From Candidatus Micrarchaeota archaeon (GTDB taxonomy: Archaea > Micrarchaeota > Micrarchaeia > Anstonellales > Bilamarchaeaceae), in contig JBDRLQ010000007.1 in assembly GCA_043812915.1 (NCBI GenBank), forward strand, positions 1 to 64,000: a stretch of DNA of 64,000 nt, read 5' to 3'. Below, one piece after another: positions 57,080-64,000 of the stretch. A program made the translations under genes and the position numbers. Below the pieces are notes generated by a model that was given only the letters and a program-made list of their open reading frames with translations, was not told where the DNA came from and made no database searches. Each line of letters starts with the position of its first letter. Position 1 is the stretch's first letter.

Positions 57080-58360
57080 ATGGCAAGGAGAAAATTACGC
57101 GAATACGATGCCAAGAGGCTGCTTGCTGAGAACATGAAGGAGGCAAGCGATGGAGAGCTGCAGTATGTTTCCACATGCGTGCAGGTCGCCCAGGACACCG
57201 ACATGGACAAGCTCGGGAAGGAGAACGCTTGGCTCAAAAGCATGAAGCTGGTTGTGAAACCCGACATGCTCTTTGGCCGCCGGGGAAAGAACAACCTCAT
57301 CCTCCTCAACGCCTCGTGGGAGGAAGCCAAAAAATTCATCAGGGAGAAGATGAATTCAGAGGTTGAAATCCGCGGCGTTAAGGGCGCCCTTACGCACTTC
57401 CTTGTGGAGCCTTTCGTTCCGCACAATGAAGAGTATTATTTCTCCATCCTCTCCAAGAGGGATGAGGATGCCATAAGCTTCTCTGTCGCAGGCGGAATGG
57501 ATGTCGAGGAGAACTGGGAGAAGATGGTGCATGTAACAGTGCCAACTGGCGGGGAGCCCGACGCCAAGGAGATTGAGAAGGGCCTTTCGAACCTGTCCGA
57601 GGAAAAGAGGGCCAAGACAGCGATATTCATCCAGTCATGCTACAGGGTATTCCGGGACCTGGACTTCACCCTTATGGAGTTCAATCCTTTCACCTATGAT
57701 GAGGATGGAAGCCCGTTTCCCCTTGACATGCGGGGGGAGCTGGATGATACTGCCGAGTTCAAGGACTGGAAGAAATGGGGCAAGATAGATTTCCCAAGGC
57801 CCTTTGGAAGGAAACTCTATCCTGAGGAGCAGTTCGTCTCTGAGCTGGACAGCAAGAGCGGCTCTTCCCTGAAGCTTACCCTGCTCAATCCGGAGGGAAG
57901 GATATGGACAATGGTTGCCGGCGGGGGCGCCTCAGTCATCTATGCCGACACCATTGTTGATTTAGGGATGGGGCACGAACTGGCCAACTATGGCGAGTAC
58001 AGCGGAGATCCGAACGCCGAGGAGACTTATCTTTATGCCAAGACGCTCCTGGACCTTGCGACAAGGAACGCGGACGGCAAGCCCCGCGCATTGATAATAG
58101 GAGGGGGAATCGCGAACTTCACTGATGTGGCCAAGACATTTACAGGAATCATCCGGGCGCTTAGGGAATATAAGGACAAGATGAAGGCCGCCGGAATCAG
58201 GATATACGTGCGGAGGGGCGGCCCGAACTATCAGACCGGGCTTAAGCTAATGAGGGGGCTTGGAAACGAGCTTGGAATCCCGATAGAGGTGCATGGCCCC
58301 GAGGCGCAGATGACCAACATCGTGCCGATGGCTATCGATTATGTCAAGGGAGGTGCTTGA
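57080..58360 (+). CDS. aclB: ATP citrate lyase, small (ATP-grasp/citrate-binding) subunit
   Basis: VKPDMLFGRRGK, MVAGGGASVIYAD, NYGEYSG, GGGIANFT, RRGGPNY. Confidence 0.93.
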   Translation: MARRKLREYDAKRLLAENMKEASDGELQYVSTCVQVAQDTDMDKLGKENAWLKSMKLVVKPDMLFGRRGKNNLILLNASWEEAKKFIREKMNSEVEIRGVKGALTHFLVEPFVPHNEEYYFSILSKRDEDAISFSVAGGMDVEENWEKMVHVTVPTGGEPDAKEIEKGLSNLSEEKRAKTAIFIQSCYRVFRDLDFTLMEFNPFTYDEDGSPFPLDMRGELDDTAEFKDWKKWGKIDFPRPFGRKLYPEEQFVSELDSKSGSSLKLTLLNPEGRIWTMVAGGGASVIYADTIVDLGMGHELANYGEYSGDPNAEETYLYAKTLLDLATRNADGKPRALIIGGGIANFTDVAKTFTGIIRALREYKDKMKAAGIRIYVRRGGPNYQTGLKLMRGLGNELGIPIEVHGPEAQMTNIVPMAIDYVKGGA

Positions 58361-58361
58361 G

Positions 58362-60194
58362 ATGGAGGACTACAGGCTATTTTCAAAGGACACACAGGCG
58401 CTGATATACAATTTCAAGCCGAATCCTGTGCAGAGGATGCTTGATTTCGATTATATCTGCAGGCGGGCGAAGCCAAGCATCGCGGGCCTTATCGCGCCTG
58501 GCAGGAACGGGTTCCACAAGGCATTCTTCGGGGGAAAGGAAATCCTGCTTCCGATCTATTCTTCTATTGATGCCGCGGCGACAAAGCATCCGAAGGCGGA
58601 TGTGCTCATCAACTTCGCATCTTTCAGGAGCGCGCACGATTCCACAAAATCGGCCCTGGAGCAGGAGGGAATCCGGACCGTTGTGATAATCGCGGAAGGG
58701 GTTCCTGAGAGGCAGATAAAGGATTTGACCGCATTTGCCAAAGAGAACAATAAGATTATCATCGGCCCGGCGACGGTCGGGGGAGTGCAGGCAGGAGCCT
58801 TCAAGATTGGCAACACCGCGGGCACTGTGGACAATATCATTGCATGCAAGCTCCACCGGCCTGGCTCGGTCGGATTCGTATCCAAGTCTGGGGGACTCTC
58901 GAACGAGATGTACAACATGCTCGCGATGACCACCGACGGCCTTTATGAGGGAATCGCGATTGGCGGGGATGCTTTCCCTGGCACGAACCTGCTCGACCAT
59001 GTTTTAAGATTCGAGAAGATGCCCGAGGTGAAGATGATTGTCCTCCTTGGGGAGCTGGGCGGCCGTGAGGAGTACAGCATCGTTGAGGCCAAGAAGGAAG
59101 GGAAGATAACAAAGCCGGTGGTCGCCTGGGTCACCGGGACATGCGCCAAAGTTTTCCCGTCCGAAGTGCAGTTCGGGCATGCGGGCGCCAAGAGCGGCTC
59201 CGAGACAGAAACCGCTGAAGCCAAGAACAAGGCCCTGAAGGAAGCGGGGATAGCGGTGCCGGATTCCTTCGAGGACTTCGGCAAGAAAATCAATGAGACA
59301 TATAAGGGCCTTGTGAAGGACGGGACAATCAAGCCCGCTCAAGAGGTTGCGCCACCCGAGCTTCCGGTGGATTTCAATGCCGCAATCAAGAGCGGCGCGG
59401 TTAGGAAGCCGACTTCATTCGTGTGCACAATATCGGATGACCGCGGGGAGGAGGTTACTTACGGCGGGGTGCCGATAAGCACAATCATCGAGGAGGACTA
59501 CGGTCTTGGGGATGTAATCTCCCTTCTGTGGTTTCGGAAAAAGCTTCCTCCCTACGCGTCAAAATTCATTGAGAAGGTGCTGATGATTGCGGCGGACCAT
59601 GGGCCCTGCGTTTCAGGCGCCCACAACGCGATTGTGGCGTCAAGGGCAGGCAAGGACCTGATGTCCTGCCTGGCTTCAGGGATACTGACAATCGGCCCGA
59701 GATTCGGAGGTGCAATCGATGATGCCGCCAGATACTTCAAGGACGCCTGCGACCGCGGGCTTTCACCCGACGAGTTCGTAGAAGAGATGAAATCAAGGAA
59801 CATAAGGATTCCGGGCATCGGCCACAGGATAAAGAGCGCCAAGAACCCTGACAAGCGGGTGGAGCTGCTCAAGAAATACGCGAAGGAGAACTTCCCGCAG
59901 ACGAAATACCTGGACTTCGCGCTGTCCGTCGAGCAGGAGACGCTTAAGAAGGCCAACAACCTCATCCTGAATGTCGATGGCTGCATCGGCATCCTGTTCG
60001 TGGACCTCATGAGCAGCTGCGGGGCCTTTAGCAAGGAGGAGATTGATGATGTCCTCAAGGTCGGCTACCTGAACGGGCTATTCGTCCTGGCAAGAAGCAT
60101 CGGAATGATTGGCCACATAATCGACCAGAAGAGGTTGCAGCAGCCCCTTTATCGCCATCCATATGATGACGTGCTCTTCCCTGAGGAAGAGTAA
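58362..60194 (+). CDS. aclA: ATP citrate lyase, large (CoA-binding/CCL) subunit
   Basis: MLDFDY, GPATVGG, QFGHAGA phospho-His, DHGPCVSGA, GIGHRIKS, NVDG. Confidence 0.95.
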   Translation: MEDYRLFSKDTQALIYNFKPNPVQRMLDFDYICRRAKPSIAGLIAPGRNGFHKAFFGGKEILLPIYSSIDAAATKHPKADVLINFASFRSAHDSTKSALEQEGIRTVVIIAEGVPERQIKDLTAFAKENNKIIIGPATVGGVQAGAFKIGNTAGTVDNIIACKLHRPGSVGFVSKSGGLSNEMYNMLAMTTDGLYEGIAIGGDAFPGTNLLDHVLRFEKMPEVKMIVLLGELGGREEYSIVEAKKEGKITKPVVAWVTGTCAKVFPSEVQFGHAGAKSGSETETAEAKNKALKEAGIAVPDSFEDFGKKINETYKGLVKDGTIKPAQEVAPPELPVDFNAAIKSGAVRKPTSFVCTISDDRGEEVTYGGVPISTIIEEDYGLGDVISLLWFRKKLPPYASKFIEKVLMIAADHGPCVSGAHNAIVASRAGKDLMSCLASGILTIGPRFGGAIDDAARYFKDACDRGLSPDEFVEEMKSRNIRIPGIGHRIKSAKNPDKRVELLKKYAKENFPQTKYLDFALSVEQETLKKANNLILNVDGCIGILFVDLMSSCGAFSKEEIDDVLKVGYLNGLFVLARSIGMIGHIIDQKRLQQPLYRHPYDDVLFPEEE

Positions 60195-60207
60195 TTTCCC
60201 CTTTTTA

Positions 60208-60786
60208 TTATCCGAATTCATCTAGGTTGACCTGGTGGAAAATCCGCCCCTCCCTCTTTTCCGGCTCAGATAGGAGTTCCTGCCTCATAAATCTGTTCAT
60301 CATTCTTTCCATGACCTTGTCCGGAATATAGCTAATCCTGCCGCATCCGGTCGTCTTGCAGAGTTCGACAATCGCGTAGAACAGGTATTCGCTGATTCCG
60401 CACCCATGTTTCCTGGCAAAAGCGAGTGACATCTTTTCATCGCTTGATACAGCGACAAGATTGATGGCGTTGCCCTGCCTTTCGAATTCCCAGGCGCCGA
60501 CAACCTGGCTCCCCTCTAGCATCGCGACCCCCTCGCGGCACGCGCATGGGACATAATGCCTGCACGAGCGGAGCAATCTTTCTTTCTCTTCCTTCTGCTC
60601 ATGGTCCAGGCTGGAAGCTGGAACAATGGAATAGCCCTTGGGCACATGGACGAAAGAAATCGAGTGCCTGAGCGCAATCGCCTGCATCGTTTCCCTCACA
60701 CACGCCCCCGGTGATAATGCGAATTTCAGGATTTTTCCAAGCGGGGACCCGAAAATGTCCTGGTATTTCTGGACCAGCGCTTTCAT
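60208..60786 (-). CDS. Hypothetical protein, GNAT-like C-terminal domain
   Basis: VVGA.., L.AVS.., RKHGCGIS.YL motif-A-like pattern. Confidence 0.6.
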   Translation of the reverse strand: MKALVQKYQDIFGSPLGKILKFALSPGACVRETMQAIALRHSISFVHVPKGYSIVPASSLDHEQKEEKERLLRSCRHYVPCACREGVAMLEGSQVVGAWEFERQGNAINLVAVSSDEKMSLAFARKHGCGISEYLFYAIVELCKTTGCGRISYIPDKVMERMMNRFMRQELLSEPEKREGRIFHQVNLDEFG

Positions 60787-60925
60787 TCCGCACCCCCTTT
60801 CCGGGCACCCTAGCGTCCGCCTACCAGCTTTAATCATGGCAATCGCATATTCTATTGCAGGAACTAGCTTTTAAAACATTTTTTTTGCTAATATGTAACA
60901 GGAAAACAGGCACAAGGGCGGTCTA

Positions 60926-61747
60926 ATGATTCAGGCAAAAAATTCTGTCGGGGCTGATGGAAAGCGGTTGAGGTTCAGCGGCAATGCTTGCGACCTTTCA
61001 GGAACTCTTCTTGTCAGGCGGGGCTCTAAACGGCCATTCCATATTGCCGCGGGGATGGGCAACCATCTTGAGGAACCAATAAATGGTGTGGCGCTGGCAC
61101 CATGCGTCAACCTCTCTTCCAAAAAACTTACTGGGTTGGCGCTATCCGCGGACAACAAGTTCGACGCCGGAATTGACGGCCTTTCCCTTGCTATCTTCTC
61201 CCAGGCAGCAAGAGGCCGGGTAAGGGGAGCTTCCATCGGTCTTTGGGGAACCTTAGCAAAGGAAGTATCCGGGGTATCCGCCAGCCTGTGCGCCTCCTTT
61301 GTACCGGGCAATGTGCGGGGAATATCATTTTCAACTGCACTTAATGTGGCGGGCCTTGAGAAGCACATGCGGGAAGGTGTGAAAACCGAAGAGGTGTGCG
61401 GCGATATAAAAGGAGTTGCCTTCGGCGGCTGCGTGAATTTTTCATCAAGCACGGCAGGATTCGCTTTCGGCGGCCTCTTCAATGATGTCATTGGAAACCT
61501 TAAGGGAGTCGCGGCAGGCCTTATCACAAGGGTGAGGGGGGCCGCCCAAGGGCTCATCCTCTCATGCGTTGGAACGTGCAAAAGCTTCAGCGGAGTTATG
61601 GTCGGCATTGTCAATATCTGTGAGGAGCGGTCCTCAGGAATTCAGATTGGTCTCCTGAACATACGGAAGGACGCTCCATGGTTCGCAAAGGCGATTCCAG
61701 GAATGGCGGTAAGGCTCAGGAGGGCCGATTATGAAAAAAAGGATTGA
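60926..61747 (+). CDS. Beta-solenoid repeat protein (LA_2272-like G.QIG..N repeats)
   Basis: ~15-aa repeats GV.xG..N ending GIQIGLLN; no obvious signal peptide. Confidence 0.75.
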   Translation: MIQAKNSVGADGKRLRFSGNACDLSGTLLVRRGSKRPFHIAAGMGNHLEEPINGVALAPCVNLSSKKLTGLALSADNKFDAGIDGLSLAIFSQAARGRVRGASIGLWGTLAKEVSGVSASLCASFVPGNVRGISFSTALNVAGLEKHMREGVKTEEVCGDIKGVAFGGCVNFSSSTAGFAFGGLFNDVIGNLKGVAAGLITRVRGAAQGLILSCVGTCKSFSGVMVGIVNICEERSSGIQIGLLNIRKDAPWFAKAIPGMAVRLRRADYEKKD

Positions 61748-61782
61748 GATTTGAAAATAGGAAATAAAAGAAAAAGAAGCGC

Positions 61783-62388
61783 TTATCTTGCACTCCTTGC
61801 CATCCTTTCTGTTTCGTCTCTCTTCTTGATGGCGTAGCTTGTCTGCACATCGCCTTTTGCGGTGTTGATTATCTCGCCCGCAAGGGCCTCGGAGAGCGAT
61901 TTCGACTTGTTGAAGCATCCCATAAGTGCCGCAAGCGCGATGTTGCGGAGCGCCATGTCAAGCCTTCTGGTTGCTGAAACGTCAACTGCGATCTGGTAGC
62001 TCACGCCACCATAGGAAACACGCGTGACATCCTCCCTCGGGGCCGAGTTCTCCACCGCACGGACAAGCATCTGCACCGGGTTCTCCTTGCTCTCCTTCTC
62101 CACGATTTCGAAGGCATCCTCAACAATCCTGAGGACCTTGAGCTTCTTTCCCTGCAGCCTTCCCTGGGTCCTGATGACCTTGCCGGATGTCTTCTCGCCG
62201 GTTCCGCCCCTCATAAGCTTGTTTGCGAGCCTTTCCACGAGGTTGAGCTGGGTCTTTCCAAGAGCCTTCTTGGAGAACCTTCCCGAGGAGTGGGGGACGT
62301 TCACTGCCTTCATATTAATTACCTGGGCAATGCTCCTGTCCTTAACCTCGACTTTATCAAGTTCGTACTTACCGAAAAGCTTGTCCAT
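61783..62388 (-). CDS. rps7: 30S ribosomal protein S7 (uS7)
   Basis: KLFGK, VERL.NKLM, NP.Q.L..A.EN..PRE, ER.A.SAR. Confidence 0.97.
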   Translation of the reverse strand: MDKLFGKYELDKVEVKDRSIAQVINMKAVNVPHSSGRFSKKALGKTQLNLVERLANKLMRGGTGEKTSGKVIRTQGRLQGKKLKVLRIVEDAFEIVEKESKENPVQMLVRAVENSAPREDVTRVSYGGVSYQIAVDVSATRRLDMALRNIALAALMGCFNKSKSLSEALAGEIINTAKGDVQTSYAIKKRDETERMARSAR

Positions 62389-62393
62389 GATTA

Positions 62394-62819
62394 TCATCTC
62401 TTGGATTTCTCCTTCTTGCCCTTCCTGAGCATCTGGAGGTCGACTCCGTTCACGGCGACGACTTTGTACCTGATACCGGGAATCGAGCCCATCTGCCCTC
62501 TCTGGGAGCCTCCCAGGCCGGCGATGGTGATTTCGTCGTGCTCATCAATGAAGGTGATCGCCTTGTCTCTCGGCGCGAAAGCGCCTACTACCTTGCCGGA
62601 AAAGAGCTGGCACCTGACACACTTAATGAGCCCGGAGTGCGGCTGCTTCTGCTCGAGCGTGATTTTCTCGAGCACAATCGCTTTTGCCTGCGGCGCGCCC
62701 CTTAGGGGGTCGAATTTATCCTTGAGGTTGAGGGCTCTCCTCTTCCACCTTTTGGACAACCAGCGTGTCTTCTTCCTTTTTCTTTCTGTGTTTCTTCCTG
62801 CGAATTCTCCATTACCCAT
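62394..62819 (-). CDS. rps12: 30S ribosomal protein S12 (uS12)
   Basis: DPL.GAPQA, KQP.S...KCVR, IDEHDE, IPG.RYKV..VNG. Confidence 0.97.
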   Translation of the reverse strand: MGNGEFAGRNTERKRKKTRWLSKRWKRRALNLKDKFDPLRGAPQAKAIVLEKITLEQKQPHSGLIKCVRCQLFSGKVVGAFAPRDKAITFIDEHDEITIAGLGGSQRGQMGSIPGIRYKVVAVNGVDLQMLRKGKKEKSKR

Positions 62820-62900
62820 AGGAGCACCTAAGCTATATAGTTGATAAATCAACCGAATGAGCAGCCTAATCAAATCAAATGCGAGAAAGGCTTTTTAAGG

Positions 62901-63053
62901 CTACTTCTTGGCCCTAATCTCCTTTCTTTTTGGCCTGAGGTACTTGGAGCCGCACTTCCTGCATTTATCGACTCCCTTCTTGTTCCTCGTCTTGCATTTG
63001 CTGCATATCATTGTATTTGCCAGTCTTGCATCTGCTTCAGGAAATTTTCCCAT
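62901..63053 (-). CDS. rpl40e: 50S ribosomal protein L40e (not in ORF track)
   Basis: MGKFPEADARL..ICSKCKTRN..KCRKCGSKYLRPK. Confidence 0.95.
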   Translation of the reverse strand: MGKFPEADARLANTMICSKCKTRNKKGVDKCRKCGSKYLRPKRKEIRAKK

Positions 63054-63131
63054 TTTATTAGCACCCAGTCGGTTATTAGGTAGTGCATTAGTTTCGTATG
63101 GTTTTTAAATGTGCGGAAATGAAATCAGATA

Positions 63132-63548
63132 ATGGAGAAAGAGCATTCAGCCGGCGCAATCGTCTTCAGGATTGAAGGCGGCAGGCGCGTTTATCTTCTT
63201 CTGCATTACGACGCCGGCCATTGGGATTTCATAAAGGGAAAGAAAGGGTCCGGCGAGTCGGACATGCAGACGATACTCCGCGAGGCCAAGGAGGAATCCG
63301 GCCTGGCCGATCTTGAGTTCAGGGAAGGGTTCAAGGAAATGATTCATTATTCCTACCCCCGTGAAAGGGAATCGATCCCGAAAGAAGTCGTATTCTTCTT
63401 AGCGGAAACAAAGAGCAGGGACGTAATGCTATCGCATGAGCACCAGGGCTCCGAATGGCTCGGCTATGAGAAGGCCAGGGAGCGGCTCACTTTCGACAAT
63501 GCGAAGAAAATTCTTGACAAGGCCAACGAGTTCTTGGTGGACGAGTGA
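63132..63548 (+). CDS. NUDIX hydrolase, Ap4A hydrolase type
   Basis: SAGAIVF, GHWDF.KG, REAKEESG Nudix box, LSHEH. Confidence 0.92.
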   Translation: MEKEHSAGAIVFRIEGGRRVYLLLHYDAGHWDFIKGKKGSGESDMQTILREAKEESGLADLEFREGFKEMIHYSYPRERESIPKEVVFFLAETKSRDVMLSHEHQGSEWLGYEKARERLTFDNAKKILDKANEFLVDE

Positions 63549-64000
63549 GGAATGCGGAAGTCGCCCGGCTTCTGTATACCATTGCCGACATCCTGGAGAT
63601 TCAGGAAGTCCCGTTCAAGCCAGTAGCCTACCGCAGGGCAGGGAGAAGCATCGAGGAGCTCCCGGAGGATATTGAGGATGTTTTCCGCAGGGGGGATTTG
63701 GAGAAGATCCCCGGCATCGGAAAGAATATCGCAGAGAAGATTGAAGAGTACCTTCAGAGCGGGAAGCTTAGGTATCTGGAGAAGCTCAAGAAAGAGGCGC
63801 CTTTTGATATAGAGGGCATGAGCGAAATAGAGGGGATCGGCCCGAAGACTGCCAAGAAGCTATATGACTCACTGAAGGTAAGGACCGTTTCTGATTTGGA
63901 GAAGGCGGCAAGGGCGCACCGGATTTCCTCCCTTGAAGGCTTCGGGGAAGCCAGCGAGCAGAGAATCCTGGATTCCATAGAGGCCATGAAGCGCAGGGGA
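63545..64000 (+). CDS. polX: DNA polymerase X (PolX), 3'-truncated by window edge
   Basis: GTG-start MRNAEVARLL..AYRRAG..IPGIGK.IAEKI..IEGIGPKTAK HhH motifs. Confidence 0.9.
   Translation, partial: MRNAEVARLLYTIADILEIQEVPFKPVAYRRAGRSIEELPEDIEDVFRRGDLEKIPGIGKNIAEKIEEYLQSGKLRYLEKLKKEAPFDIEGMSEIEGIGPKTAKKLYDSLKVRTVSDLEKAARAHRISSLEGFGEASEQRILDSIEAMKRRG

Noticed and set aside
53901..60194. Autotrophic reverse TCA cycle
   Set aside because: No 2-oxoglutarate synthase, fumarate reductase or succinyl-CoA synthetase in the window; ACL alone is insufficient

Overview
Chromosomal window from an archaeon: it has an archaeal r-protein set (S4e, L19e, L32e, L40e), EF-2 with the diphthamide His, GGTGA ribosome-binding sites and TATA-driven leaderless genes. 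Many acidic lipoproteins with an (L/F)FGC lipobox suggest a DPANN/Micrarchaeota-like organism; this is an inference, not a phylogeny. Layout: (1) 1-6.1 kb, an AT-richer redox/metal cassette (peroxiredoxin, DUF89, DUF134 regulator, two NifX-family proteins, two ferredoxin-MinD ATPases, a 41-aa Cys/His peptide, radical SAM). (2) 6.4-13.9 kb, ion homeostasis (PHP-like protein, ZnuABC, NikR-like regulator, EamA pseudogene, CPA2 antiporter preceded by a probable Na+ [DUF1646-type] riboswitch). (3) 14-36.6 kb, secreted and lipoprotein genes, a MacB/COG1361 ABC operon, clostripain, parvulin and a DEAD-box helicase. (4) 36.8-46.7 kb, the S17-to-secY-adk operon and serS. (5) 46.7-64 kb, three methyltransferases, EF-2, an aconitase-ICD-ATP citrate lyase operon lying between rps7 and EF-2, then rps7, rps12, rpl40e, NUDIX and partial PolX. 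No CRISPR array, tRNA, rRNA or transposase was seen. All family calls come from motif recognition by eye; no searches were run.
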